From: Vitrella brassicaformis CCMP3155
Lineage: Eukaryota; Protista; Chromerida
Length of the DNA stretch: 64,000 bases
NCBI GenBank assembly: GCA_001179505.1
Contig: CDMY01000423.1
Span: forward strand, 15,954-79,953
Direction: 5' to 3'
Shown here: in pieces, positions 35,501-50,024 of the stretch
Layout: each line of letters opens with the position of its first letter
How positions within the stretch are numbered: position 1 is the stretch's first letter
Program-made: the position numbers and the translations under genes
Notes under the pieces: generated by a model
Databases searched by the model: none
Seen by the model: only the letters and a program-made list of their open reading frames with translations
What the model was told of the DNA's origin: nothing

Positions 35501-38500
35501 CTGCAGCTGCCACTGACACACCTGTGCATACTCGGCTGGCGAGAGGGACCGGCGAATCGTCCAGTTGGACGCTGCCCGGACGTGGTGGGTCCGGAGGATC
35601 TGCAGCCACTCGGTGGTGAGGCGGTCTCTCATTTCTTGTGGAAAGGGGCCACTGGAACAATCAGGGAGAGACAGACGCACAACAACATGAGAGTAGATAT
35701 ATCCTTGTGCTCACACTCACATATATACCAGTATGTGAGGGTGGCCGTGGCTGCGATTGTGTCTCCGAGTAGCGTGTCCACCTGTGTGTTGAGGTCGCGG
35801 AGCTCATCTGTCCACCGCACGGCCTCGTCAGACAGCACTTCGGTCAACTCCTGTGTGCCACACACAACGAGACGTTACTACTTGGCACCAACACGCCCGT
35901 CTTCCCCTACCCCTCTCACCCACCTGTCCCCTCTTTAGTCTCCTTTCCGCAATCTGTTTCTCTTCCCGTAGCCGCTCGAGGTCTGATTGCGTCTCGTCGT
36001 AGAGTGCCTCGAGCCCCCCCAGCCGCTCGGTCATCTCCGACAGCTCTGACTGCTTCTTCTCCAGGGCATCCTGCGCCTCATGGAGGCGCGCCTTCTGCTC
36101 CTCCAACCGCTGACGCTTCGGCTGCACCTGCACAAGGATGCCAGTCGGGGGCCAAAGTGCGGTGTGTGGAAGTCGGGGGCCCGTCGCTCGGTTGTTTGTC
36201 TGCACTCACTCTTTTGAGGACGTGTGCATAATGGTGGATTGCCCTGCACCAGAGACATAAGGACTTGGCGGCTTGCGACTGACGCTCCACTGCTTGCGGG
36301 TCAAACTGATGCGCATGACCCAAGGCAGAGAATGCACATGCGTATGGCTTCACAGTTCAGTCCGTGGCAATCGACCTGCGGGTCGTCCAAGTAGGTCTGC
36401 AGCTTTTGAAGCAACCTCTCCGGCACGTGATCTTTGTCATAGCTGGACACACGCAACAAACGACGCGAAAGAGACGGAATCGCCTCGTCTAGATAGATTG
36501 TGTGTCACTCACTCGAAGATTCTGCGGACGAAGTTGACGTCTCCCATGATCTGTCGTGCAGTTGACCAGTCTTCTTTGTAGCCCAAAAGCATGCACACGC
36601 ACTCGACCACAAGGCGCACAGTCGACGGCGGGTTCTGGAAGCTCTTGAGCTCCTGGATGTCCTTGCGGTCTAAACGATCCACTGCTCGCTCGGCGCTGAC
36701 GTAGAGACAGACAGACAGCAGGAGAGACAGACACATGCAGCGAGTGCTCGTGTCGTCCTTCTTCCGTACCGTTCGTAGTCTCCCATGATTTCGTCGAGGT
36801 CGCTTTGTGCATCGTCTGTAATGACCCGCACTTGCTCGGCATAAAGCTGCACGTCCTTAGCCTCTTGCTCAACCACACCACGCAAACGACTCAACGCAGC
36901 GCGATTCTGGATAGGTGAGACACAACAAACGATGAGTGAGAGATGTGGAAACCACCCATCAAAGACACGCACCTCGTCCATTTTCTTCAGCAGCTTTGCG
37001 GTGTCGTCTTTCTTCGCGTCGAGTGATGGCTGCAGCGCCTCGAGCCGCCCCGAGAGGCTGAGGACCCCTTCACGCCCTGTCCGCAGCTGCTTGAGGCCCT
37101 GCTGCAGCATGCCCTTGCGGGACGCTATGAGGTCGTGGCGAGACATGAACAGGTCTGCCAACAGCACACATGGGAGTACGGCTGGAAGATCCATGCATCT
37201 GTACATGCACGACTGGCTGACCATGAAACGTCGCGAGTGTGTCGAGGAAGTCTTTCGCCGTCACACACCAATGATGCCCAGCAGAGGCGGCGTCGCCCTC
37301 GCGATCTTTCCCTCCATCATGATGGGGCGAAGTCTTGTCCACTACTGAGCCGTGTGTAGCCACCAAGGCACGAGCCACATGGCCACGCCAGCCCTCCTGA
37401 ACAGACAAAGGGGATACTATGATCCGTGGCAAAGTACGAGAATCCCCGTTTGTCGGTCACCTGTAAGACAGCCACGGCGTCAGTAGGCATTTTGAAGTTT
37501 GCGAGTCGGGCGGACGCGACGTGGTGGAAGTCAAAGTGGGTCCAAGGGTCCAACCATGCTTTGTGGCAGTGAGACAGAAGGGGCGGAAAGTGCAGGCACT
37601 GCTGACGCAGGGAGGGGTGCGTCGGAGACATGCAGATGAAAAGGTGCAGGCGTCTCTTCACTCTGAATCCGACACACAGCAGTTTCTGCGTGCGAAGGCA
37701 ATGCACTACTTCTCACCGTTGGTTGAAGAGCTTCATGCGTCCGTGGACGTCTTCGTATTCGTCCAGCACCTTCTCCGGCACATTCTCATGAAGCGACTGC
37801 ACGATCGAATGCACATCGTCCTGCACACAACACAACACAACACAACGCAACACAGAACAACACATACAGGGAGAGAAGCAGAATGCACCCTCTGCTAACA
37901 CCTGCAGCTCCCTCCCTCACTCCCCATCCCCTACCTGCGTCCACAGGTCCACCATGCCCGTGCCTGCCAGCAGTCGGCTCACGTCTTCCCACACCATTTC
38001 CTGCTCCCCATCACCCAGATTCACCATGTGGCCATCACTCACCAGCAGCACACTCTCACACCCCTCAACCCCCGCACACTTGAGCGCCCGCCTCTCGACG
38101 TCGCGCCATGGGTCAACGCCCAGCATGACGTTGCCCTCAGGCTCGAAGAGCTTGGCCCTCAAGATGAATGCTGCCAGTCGGCAGAGGGACTTCTTGCCGT
38201 AGCCTGTGGGGCCCAGCAGCAGGGCGTGGCCTTGCGCGTGCGTGCCGATGCGGATCAGACGTGTCAAATGGTCCAGAGCATTCGTGAAGAAGACCAGACT
38301 GCATGGATGAGGGCACGCAAGACAAACCAAACGTCTACACACGTGAACGTGATATACTTTGCTGGCTCACCGCAACGGGTTGATCCTGCCCTGTGGCGAG
38401 AGGTTGTATTCCTCGAGGTAGTGCGCCACCGAGTTGACGACACTGGAGTGCGCCATCTCCTCATACACCCGTGCAGCCACCTCCGGCCGCAGGAATGACC

Positions 38501-41500
38501 CAAACCGTACCGCATGGCCCTCACCATCAGTCGGTGAGCCGTGTGAGGGCCGCCAGGGGGTCTGGAAGAGGCGCGCCAGGAGGGGAGTGAGAAGGTCGTC
38601 GAAGAGGGCTGTCTCCTCCTGGTGCATCAGGGGGTCCCTCAGGGTGCGGGTGGTTTCATGCGTCCACAGCCGGACAAGGGTGTCTTTGTTGGCCACAGTC
38701 TCTGGATGCGCCAACAGCAGACCCTGTGGGACGCAACAAGCCACCAGTGTGTGTATATCAGAAGTCGCTCAGCGTCACTCACGTCCATAACCCTTCTGAC
38801 GTCCCTGAGAGAATACGTGTAGTGGAACTTGAGTGGCGTCGGCTTGAACCTGTCCACGACCCCCTCGAACAGCACCGCTGTGGCCCTCACCAGAGTGGCC
38901 ACCTGGGCCAGCACCGTGTTCATGAACGGCTGCTTCGGGTGCATCTTGTTGAAGAAATGCTGTAGCAGCGGCATGAAGATCTCTTGGACCTCATTCAGAC
39001 CAGGCAGGGGCATGGACACCACCTGAGAAAGGGACATGCTCATGCATCAGACAGAAGACGATGATATGTCTCTGTGCATGTGTGATGCCATCCGAACCTT
39101 GAAGTGTCTAAGGAGCCTATTTGGCACATAATGGGGGTGCTCGGACATCCGCAGCGGGCCCTCACCCCCTAGAGCACGGGCAGTAGCCAGCACCGCCAGT
39201 CGCTCAATACGCTTCCACCCCCAAGTGCCGGCCGTCTCTGATTCACAGCGTCAAAGAGACACCATGTCATGTGGTGCACTGACGTCCCCCTCCCTTCCTA
39301 CCGTTCCATGCGTACACGCCTCCCCCATCAACGATCTGTCGCAGGCCCTCGAGAGTCGGTTTGTATCCGAAGCGGTCTCTCTTGGGCAGGTTGACATCCT
39401 CAATCCATATGATCCCCTGCCGCTTGGACGCAGGCTTGAGCACATGAAAACCCTTCTTGCGCTGCACCGTCAGGCCGCCTTCCAGGGTCTTGACAAGGTG
39501 GGCCGGTGTGGACCCCCATGACATGATCGTGTCCATTGTCTGCCATGTATCGCCTCTCCTCCACTCACTCACAAGTTCACCCACAGTCCGCGTCTTGCCC
39601 GACGCCGCTCCCCCCACCAGGAGGGCGTGAGAACCCGCATCGCCCTGCTGGTCCAGGAAGTGCTTCAGCATGTGGGTGTAGCACACGGAAGTCGCGGTGG
39701 GCACCGTCACCTGCTCAAGGACACATGGAGTCTCGTGTAAAGTTTTTGCTCCCGTGTATCAGCCCTCACTTGCGTCAGCGCCTGTGCATTTGCCACGGCG
39801 GCCAGGTCTGGAGGCGATGCAAGGGCCAGCCACGGCACCACATAGCTCTCCGACTCCCAGCACACGCAGAAATCAAACACAGATCCGTAGGATGGCAACA
39901 CACACCTGATCAACCAAGGAGTCACGGGGTCTTCTGCTGGACAATCGCCTCGTTCAGCCTTACTTTTCCACCTTGTCGACGCAGAGATCGTGAACTCGTT
40001 TCCTCAGACCACGCTTTGCGTCTAGCCCCCCGCCCAAGCTCCACGCGAGAGCCGTGGCGAATACGGTCGACAAGTATCGCACCTTGTCGAATGTGCCTAC
40101 GCCCGGCCCGGCGCCCCATCTTTTGACGATGCGTTTGGGATCGGGAGGGTCGCTATGCGCGGCAGATTGCTGTTGCGGCAAGGTGGATGAATCGAAAATG
40201 GTGGATGAAGGGAAGGGATAGGGATCATTGGTTGGATCGGGTTTTAGCAGGGACTCCAGAAGACATAGGAGAGTGTCAAGCACCTGCAGACAATGATGTA
40301 ATGATACGTCTTCCACACTGCATCGTGTTGAATCGTGTCTCCTGACTTGCATCTCGTTGCAGAGCACAGAGTGAGGGTGCAACTCTGTGCGCCAGAGGTC
40401 CAGTGCATGCGGCACCACGGCATACAGCAGCTGCGAAAACTTCTCGATTATCTCGGGATCGATCCAGCTGCCCTCCTTCGGGGCACCACCATTGTTTGCT
40501 GCGGGTGGTCTGAGGAAGGTGTCGAGCCACGACTTGAGTCTGGGCCTCCAGAAGTCTGGATGTGCCGTGTGTGCGACGTAGACCATGCCGCACCGACTGA
40601 CCGTCGCAGGCGATGCGTTCTCTAGCTCGTCCACCTGAGAAGGACACGCGCACCTGTCTCTCGTGTGTGGTTCGCTTCCTTCGTTCGTACTTCAAAGAGA
40701 ATGCCCATTGTCTTGGCACTGAGTTTGATGCGCTCAGAGTTCTCAAGGCAGAGGACCATGCTGTCATCGAGCACGGTGTTCATGTTCTCGATCCACAGAG
40801 GGTCCACCGGCCCATCAAACACCACCCACTTGACTGTCTCCGCCGGCACACTGGCCGCCTTGTCCCTCTTGCCACCCCTGCCCGTGAGAGAGAGCGCCCC
40901 GCCCATGAAGGCTCTGTCCAGCGGCCGGCTGCCTGCTGCCGCCATCGCGCGGCATGCGAGGGGCACAATGCCGTCGCGCCATTCCAGGGACTTTGGCTCA
41001 AGACTGCCGAACATGTCCTGATCAATCATATTAATGACACATGGACAGGCGGAGGAGAGGTCTGCAGTGCGTTGCATCGCTCACTTGGATAAGGACGCTT
41101 TTTGGGTTGACCACCAGAGACTGCACCCCCCTCGCCACGTCGCTTTCTGCACTGCTGTCATCAGACCTCTGGTCTTTCTTCTGTGTCTCTGTGCCTGTCT
41201 TCCGCGTGGCATGTGTCGGTTGGGCGTGAGGGTCCTGCTGTGCGGCCAAATGATTTTGTGCGGCTGCTAGCACTCTCCACGTGGCCGATTTGCCGCCTCC
41301 TGCCGGCCCAATGAGCATGCACCCGAACCGCACACGGCAGGCTTGAGACAGCTGCGTCAAATCAACGTATGATGGATAGCTGTGTTTCGTCAAGTCTCTC
41401 TGCTTTGATTGTTCTTCCACCTGTTCCACTTTGAGGACGGCCTCTTTTTCTGGCTGCAGTGCCAGTGCCTCGAACGCTTTGCCGATCGCGTGGCTCATCG

Positions 41501-44500
41501 CCTTGGGCACGACACTCCCACCGACACTCTCACTGCCGGTCGTGGCCTGAGTGTGTTTTAGGTGTGGGAAAGTGGCGCGGATGACGTCGTGGAATATGTG
41601 GACGTCCGTGTCGTGAAGCACGGGAAACACCACATCCTGACAGAATTACGAGGAGACATGTATGTATGTGTTTGTGTCTTATCAGTGAGCGAGTGAGTGT
41701 CCCTGACCATGACGGCCCGCCAAATGAACGTTTCTTCCTCCTCATCTCTGGTGCCATCGCCGCCCTCACTGCTAGCCCCACCAATACTGCGGGCACTAAG
41801 AGGCGGCGAAGACCCAGACATACCCCCTACTCCTTTCACAGACCTGAACACAACACACGGCGTAAACTTTCGCTTTCTGGCACGCTGAATGGATGCCCTG
41901 GCTTACCTTATCTTTCGTTTGTGCTCCCCAGCGCTCTTTAGTATTGCCTTGAGGGCTCTTAGTGACCAATCATAATGCTTTCGTCTGGGCAGCAGGTGCG
42001 CCAGAATGTCGACGCACGTCACCATGTGCTTGGAGAGGCCTGTAGCTGCCATGAATCCCTCCGAGAAGAGCAGCACCTCCACAATGAGGACCGAGTCAGG
42101 CTGCATCATGGCCATCGGACGCAACATCGCCTGGAAGGAAAGACGGCCACAGAGACACACAATGCTTTTTGGGAGAGATGTCCATCCAAGATTACTTTCA
42201 GGTTGTCTGGCAGCTCGGTTCTCCCCCCGTATGTGCCGCCATGAGCGGCGGGAGGATTCATGGTGACAGAAAGTCCAAAAGAGCCCCGCAGCTTTATCCG
42301 CTGGTCTTCAAAGTCACAATAACCAGCGCCAGACAGGAGGGCCTGACGAATCTGCACCAGACCAAAATAGCAGCGCTTGTGGCACTTGTGTCTCAGGTGT
42401 GGCTACATGTCCTGACTCGATTGTCTGACCTTAAGCAGCTGCTGAGACACGACGGACATCACCTCCACGTCAAGCCGATTGAACTCATCAAAGCAGCACC
42501 ATGCACCCTCCTGGACGAGTCCATTGAGGAGTCTGCCGAGTGTGCGGTGATCGAGTCTGTCGGAGCAGTTGAAGACCAGACACGGCACACCCACTGCCTT
42601 GGCCAAATCCTTCACCGACTCGGTCTTACCTGCAGGCACATCACAACCCATCAATCCCATCACTCGCACGCAACGCACGCCCCTCCCTCCCTCAGTCACC
42701 GGTGCCCGCAGGTCCCTTGACGCAAACACACAGGCACACACACAGATTGATGCACGAGATGAAAGCAGAAGGAAAGGCAACAAGCAAATCCCCACCGTGA
42801 GGCACGCAGCGAGCTTCAGAGAGAACGCCTGTGTGATGGTGAGCCAGCAGCGATCCGTCAGGGGTGTGAGCACCAGCCGCGAGCACACCCCCATGTATTC
42901 GTATCCGTAGCAGATGCGGTGGTCGAGCTGCTCCACCACACACGTCGACATGGCTATCGACGAGGCCGGCGTGCGGTGGTCGGGCGCGATGGAGAGGGAG
43001 ACAGGGAGGGGCACTGGGTGGCTGTCGTCATGTGCTGGGGCTGGGGTTGGAGGCACAGACGGCAGCGCAGATGTCCAGTAGTACCGGAGACATTTGGTCC
43101 ACTCAAAATCGCTCGCTGATGTCACCTGCACGAGCAATGTGTGTCTCGCTCTCGATCTCAGTCAGATGGATACATGTATTCACCTGTTTGGCGATGAGTG
43201 TCTGGGTGACATCACGATTGTGCACATCAGCAGTGATGAGAGCATACACCCGCAGCCGCTGCAGCATGGTCAGCGGCTCGTTGAGCAGCCGCACCAACGT
43301 CACGAGCGAGTCCTCACACTGCTTGAGCGCATTGTTGAGGCCCTCCAGCACCTCCTGCACGCTAGTGGTGGCCGACGGCTGGAACGTCAGCGCCCTCTCC
43401 ACTGACTGGCACCACAGGATCTGGGATGCCACACTGATGACCTGTGCAGGTGCCTGATAGCTGAGCATCCACCCAGCTGCTGTCCTGTCAGGCTGCCCAT
43501 AGCCGAATAGCGTCCTTTGCAGGGTCCGCTTGAGGCTCCTCACCATGTTGTCAGCAAGCGTCGTCAGCCACTCGTCCAGCACAAAGCGGAAGCGCACATG
43601 GATGATCGGCAGTGTCTCTCCCTCGCCAGATATGAAACCCAGTGTGTCAAAGAGAGTCGGGGAACGAATTTTGTCCTCCTCCGGGCCAAAATCCTGTCAA
43701 TCACAGAGAAGGCATGTCTCTCTGTTTAGCGGCGAGTGCTTTGACTGTCAATAGCTGACCAGTCTATCGACGGCTGCGAACCATTTCTTGTGGTGCTGTT
43801 GGAGGCCTTTGGGATCACGTGATTTGGTGAGGATGTCCAGCAGCTCCTCGTTTGACAGGAAGTAGAAGCGGGGGAACGCCCTACGCTTCATCTCCACATA
43901 ATCGTCCTGAATGTTCCCATATTCACTGGTGGCAACCGCGGACCATGCCTCGACTCGTGCGCAACTCCCTTACCAATTGCTTCTTGACGCCTTCGAAAGC
44001 TGTGATCATGCCCTCCAGCGCCTCACCTAGCCCCTGCTCCTCCAGTCGGTCCAGCACCAGGGGCACCAGCAGCGTCTCCTTCATGAGATTGCGCCACACG
44101 CCGTCATGGTGATTGAAGGTTTTCCCCTCCTGTATAAGCTGCCGCTGGATGTCGATAGCTGCCGCAAACAAGCCATCTAGAAAGCGCCAGAGTTTCTGGC
44201 AGTACAACCACTTGTCGATGAGGTCGTGCATGCGTGCGATGCGTGTCTGCCACAGAGCGAGGCGGTCTTGGAGGGCTTCCATGAAGCGTGACGACGCGAC
44301 CGTGTTGATGAGGGTGAAGGACTCGTGGATACAAGAGATAATGTCGTCCATCGAGCCCAAGATGTAAGTCTCCTTGCCGGCACTCCTGCAGCCATCATGA
44401 TGCACGTAGGCAAAGGGGATCGATCTGATTGTCTCCCCTGTCTGTGTGCACTCACTTATAATGTACAAGCGGCAGCTCTCGCCTCTCCCATATCCTTTCC

Positions 44501-47500
44501 ACGCGGTCCAGAAGGTCTTCCAGTGAACTCTCCTGCGTCGCTCTATGGGCGATGCTCTGAGCGAGACAATGCAGCCAATGAAAGACATGATGATGCATTC
44601 AATCAGTGCTGTGTTGTGGCAGCCTCCGTACGATGATGGGTGCTGCAGCCTCCAGGAATCCACTCTCTACCATCTGCAGCACACTCATCAACGAGACACT
44701 GGAAGGCTCAAACCCTGTATACACATACACGAGTAGGGAATGACCAACACGTCTCAAAGGGCATGTCCTCTGTCGTCCTACTCCACGTCTCACCGGTGCC
44801 AACATGCTGCTGAATTGCCTCCCAGTGTCGATCTGTGAGCGACCGATTGCTCAGCGCGTCTATCAGCGGACAGCATGACTGCAACAAGCCGGAGCGGCTT
44901 TTGAGGGCAGCCACAGGTCCGCAGGGAGGCAGCTGTCTCTCAGCGTGTGAGCAGGCCAGCATGAGGGGGTGTAGGGCCTCTTGGAGCGCTGTAATGTCCA
45001 CCTCGGTGAGCAGCACACACGACCACTTCTCTCTTATCAGGAGCCAGTCCGCCAATCCGGTCCACAGCTGAATGACAGGAAAGGAACGCTTGTTTGGGTG
45101 TATACAAGTCGTGTACACGTACACATATTAGTTGCGTCACGTTGTACTTGCCTTCAGCTTAGTTGCGATGGTGTCTGCGAGAGGGGCGTGCTGAGTGATT
45201 GGGGTCACCTTTATGCGCAGGGCCTGCATAGAAGTGTGTCCGATCGATCGATGCACTTCACTTAGACGAAGACAGGCGTGCACGTCTGGTGCCTACGTAC
45301 CTCTTGGTAGCCTTGGTACTCGTGGCATTCCTGCTTGAGGGAGTCCACCTGCTGCTTCATGTCCTCCAGCTCACGACTCTTCTCTGTGATGTCCCCTTCC
45401 TCAGTCGCATCCTCTTTCTCCAGATACTCTGACAGGTGCTGGGGCTCAGGCGCAATCTGATTCACGCCGAAACTGCCTGAGACATACCACACACACATAC
45501 ACACACACACATACACTCTACCATTGCTCGCTTTAGTGGCCTGTGTGTCACGTCACCATCAAGAGTCTGCAGGGTGAGATATCTGACGTCGCTAATCCGG
45601 CTTGCGATCGCGTCGAGCCTCTTGACCACTGTCGGCATGTACTCGCTAACGTCCTTGGCAAATCGGTGTGTGTTGCGGGCGACGCTGCTCCACACAAACA
45701 TCATCGTGGTTCGCACAGCCCGAAGGCTTTCATACGCCGAGGTCACGCCAGCTCGGACGCTCTACAAAGCAACAACAGACAAAGTAAGTAAGCGGCGCTG
45801 ATTTGGTTTGCTCACCGGTTCGACGAATATATTGTGTTCTTCCATGACGGTGATGAGCGCATACGACTGGTTGAGCAGCGCCTGCATGTCATCGACCTGC
45901 ATCTGTGCCGTCCCGAGGTACTCCATCTGCCGCACAAACGCACCCACTGTGGACGGCGGAACCGACAGACACCCTTGGGTCGCGTCGCACCACTCCTGAA
46001 TCCTATGCGTGTTCTTCCGAATGAGGTGAGGGAAGAGGCAGTGGACACGCAGCAGCCGCGTGCACGGGGACGGGAGCAGCTGGAGCTTCATCTCGTGCAG
46101 CTCCAAGTTGATGGGGCCGATCTGCTGAGCCCAAGGGATCTTCCAGAACTCAGTCACCTGTCCACCGAATATCTGCAGCCACGCCTTGAGACGGTGCTCG
46201 GGGTCTTCCAGCCAGGAGTCGCCATAGAGAATGGACGCCTCGTCTGCCTCAGCGGTGGCAGCATTGGCCCGACACGTGTCAACAAGGGACTCATACCATC
46301 TCAGAAACTGAGATATGGATGCGTATACCTGAGACACAGGGGGAAGGATACACACGATACACCTACTGAGACACATACAAGAAAACATTTCCATCCATTC
46401 ACCAGGCCTACCTCCGACGTGACGGTAGCAAGCGCCGCGACGTTTGATGGGCATTGTGGGTGCAGCTCGAGCAGCGGTAGTACATCTATCATTGGCGGCT
46501 CCTGCGGGATGTCTAGTCCCCGGCCCACATGTTTGTCCCAGTCCTGCAGAAACTGATAAAATAGCTTCAGCTCTGGCAGCTGAGAAAAGCGGGGCACCAC
46601 TTGCACGCACGCAACGCCCTCATCGACAGCTGACCACGGATAGGCAAGGAGAGAAACAGCATTCACTGGTGCACAGAGAGAGAGAGAGACGTGCCATCCG
46701 ATTGTCTCACCTGTCATGAGGGCCACCACTAGCTCGTTTGAGGGAGGGTCGAGCTCAAGGGATGTCGGAGTTGGCGGCATCGGGTACCGAATGCTCAGCT
46801 CACTGGTTTCGCCGGTCGGCACATCCACTTTGTCTGCCTGATCATCCATAGGCATCGCCCTCGGCCGTGCCGGGTCGGCGAATCCGGCCTTTTTGCGCAC
46901 GTAACCCTCTCTCCTCTCCCACCCCTCCCCGCCCTCGGTGGCTGCACGGACTGAATGGACAAGCAGAGAGACACGCAAGAAGAGGATCCCCCTTTTACTC
47001 TGATTTGTACCACGGACAGTGAATATTGGTGATGTCTCCGCTGCCTCCGACTCAGCTGATCTTGTCATCGCTATATGCGTCCTTCTTGACGTGTCTCTCT
47101 TGATCATCTTGCCCAGCACCTCAGCGCCCCTGCAAGATCCATGGACAAATGTCAAGTGATGGATAGCCCCTGTGCTGTCGCTTACGGAGACTCGATCTTC
47201 TGTTTTCTGTCGGTTTTCTGGTCAGCCCTTCCATACAAGTGGATGGTCTTGGGGCTAATGGTTGGCTTGTTCTGCTGGGGGCGGCTCTCAGGCAGGTTCA
47301 TCAGGCGCCCCACCTGCTGCAGAATGGCCTTGATACCAATCGTATCGCTCTCCGGCTCAATGGGAGGAGAGGAAGGAAGGTCTGCAGAGAAATTCATGAA
47401 CAGACATGTGATGGGTGGGGTCTCTCTCTGCACCTGGTGGGATGTCGAATACGGCTGCAAACTCCTCTACAGATTTGGCAACGAGATTGACGAGGGCTGC

Positions 47501-48910
47501 CGACACAAGGAACTCAATCAGGTATGCCACACGGATGTACTGCACCGACAACTGCCGCAGCTGCGCCCGTTCCCAGTACGACAAATCCTTGGGCAAGCCT
47601 GCATAACGTGAGATCGGCAAATCGACAGAGACACGGCTTCGGGACCACCTCCAGACCCTGGGTACCGAGAAGGTCGAGCAGGTCTCCCTCACATCTGATG
47701 ACACTCCATCCCAGCCCCCCTGTATTCGTCACATTTCCATTCAACGAGCGTACACCACGATCATTGGCGCGTCATTCAACTACCGTCTCTCCCACCGGTC
47801 CTCTGTATGGGTGTGAGTTCAAGAGTCGCCCGTCTGCCCTGTATGAAGGGGCTGCTTGTCTCGCTGTCGGCAGCAATGTCCTCCGCTTCTTCGGGGGGCG
47901 GCAGCGGACTCAGTGTCGGCGCAGTGAGGTGCAGAGTCGGCCGCCATGACAGCGCCTCCTGGGAAAGGGGAGTGCTCTGCAGACAGACAGACAGACAGAC
48001 AGAAAGACAAACCGAGCACACACATCCACCGATGGCTTGAAGTGTTTATGTAGTGTCAGCTTAAATACCTGCGTCGGGCTCTGTTGTCTCCTTTGCTGTG
48101 ACGGGAGTGGGATTCCATCGGTGGCCTCTTCTTTCCATTGTTGGAGCTGCTCTGCCGCCCTCTGCATCGATACTTGCCGCAGGGCGCCCAGCAGGCTCTG
48201 AAATGTGGTCTGCGTGACGTGCTGCAGATAGGCCACCTTACGATGCAGCTGGCGGGTCGTGCTGAAAGTGAAGTTGATTGATGAGAGGCGTACAAGACAG
48301 ACGGATATGTGGAATTTACTAACCGCTCCTGGTGTTTGTGTTGGATCGCTGCGAATTCGTTGAGGGTCAGCTCTCCTGATGTCATCTCGGTCTGCAAGCA
48401 CCTGCCGACATCCATTCAGTCCACCGATGGATACTCAACAAGATGACTAACAAGTCAGCTAGTGCCGTGCTTGCCTGAGGTCTTCGACTTGAAGGCACAG
48501 CGATCGGCATCGAAGGAGCAAATCACGGAATGGCGGGTTCAGTAGGAACAGCTTGGCCTCCAGAGACTGAAGAAACGAACCAATGAAGGAACGAACCCAT
48601 CAATTTCTTTTTCGTCTGTTCACTGACTCACCTGGGCGGCCTCCTGCGTTCGCGCGCGTGCCCTCTCGAGTCGCCACAGCTCGAAGGCCTTCCAACGCCT
48701 GCTCTTATCAACACGCCCACGAACGGTTTGGCTTCACGTGAATGCTCACTTAAAGGTCTTGAAGAGCTTGATCTGTGTGAGTTTGGCGAATATGGCTCGG
48801 TGCCTGAGCCAGTCGATGAGCGTGTCGAACTCTGTCGGCTTGTTGTTTTCATACGACACGACACCCCTGTATCATACGTATACACGCACATACAAGATCG
48901 ATCGATCGAG

Positions 48911-48948
<38 letters not shown>

Positions 48949-49936
48949 GGCCGTCTCGACTTACCTGGCGCTGATGGTTGTGTATGGCTCAGCCACGACT
49001 CCCCCTGCGCCGCCTGACTGCCGCATGAGCTGTTGGAACGACACCACCTCGACATCGTAGGCGTGCGACGGCAGCTCTATAAAGGGGCTGTGCTTCACGT
49101 CAGCATACTTGGGCACTCGCAGCCGGCGCCGACGCACATACACAAATGCCATGCACCGCAGCACATCCTGACGACGGCCAGTCCGACACTTGCATCATTG
49201 AAGGGCGTGGTTGAGTGAAATGCCTCAATACTTGTGTCGTGAGCAGTCCGGCGATGAAGCTCTCCAGGTCAGATGGCGTGGCGGCATTAGCTCCCTCGAA
49301 CGACACAGCTGGCCTACACTAGCCCATCGACAGAGGCACACATACAGGAAGACAGACACACGTTTGTCGCCTGCCAATGATGTCGGCCCGGGATTGCTCC
49401 TCACTCGTTCCTGTCGTGGGTGCGTGTGGTGCGGGGGGTGGACCAGACTGACACTGGGGATACGGACGGAGGAGGCCGCTGCGGAGTGACGAGCGAAGCA
49501 TCTAGCCGAGGGCCCTGAACAAGAAAGAGGGCAGCACATCACACAGCCCCACTCCCCATCAACAGACTCCCGATGAATGGATCTCTGCTCATCCTGCATG
49601 CCTTTGTGAACAGCCTTGCCGTGCCGGGGGCCTTCTGCTTCGCGAGCATCTGCACCGCCAGATCAACATCCACACCGCTGCTCCAATTTGGCGCAGCAGC
49701 TGCAGACGGAAAAGACGCGGACAGAGACGACAATGCAGACAGGCATGAGCCAGTCAAGATCCTCGTGCAGTTTTGGCGTGCCCATGCGTCTTACCCCCCT
49801 TCATCCAGCCCTCAGCGGTGGTCGCGGCTGTTTGCCGCTGAGGGCTGTCGTCATCCGTACTGTACACATCAGAGGACCAGTTCCTCAGGACCTCAGTCCG
49901 ATTGAAATGTAACGGACTCTGAAGCCGGTGCATCAT
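29599..49936 (-). CDS. Axonemal dynein heavy chain (tentatively single-headed inner-arm, DNAH6-like), dozens of exons
   Basis: DHC_N2 region (WLYCQKLWRFLDGLF..DIQRQL). AAA1 GPAGTGKTESVKDLAK and WCCFDEFNRL; AAA2 GPAGGGKS and WVVFDGPVDPLWIENMNTVLDD; AAA3 GGAASGKT; AAA4 GHALLLGPTGYGKKSL. Stalk/MTBD LDRKDIQELKSFQNPP; AAA5 RWPLLIDPQ; C-terminus YECPVY..RGVAIVLT* (stop 29599-29601). The tail motif KLTQIKLFKTF..WKAFELW resembles the DNAH6 type. The 5' end (49552-49936) is low confidence. Confidence 0.93.
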
Positions 49937-50024
49937 CCTGCGTGCGGGGAAAGAGTTCAAGTTGAAGTTGCCCCGGAGACTGAGCCCCCAGGGAGCCCCC
50001 AGGATGATCCAATTGTTCCTGAAG

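Noticed and set aside
10885-49936. Functional phototaxis cluster of IFT88, rhodopsin and dynein
   Set aside because: Unrelated genes (acylase, PPWD1) are interspersed, and co-location of three genes in 40 kb is weak evidence in a eukaryote without expression data.
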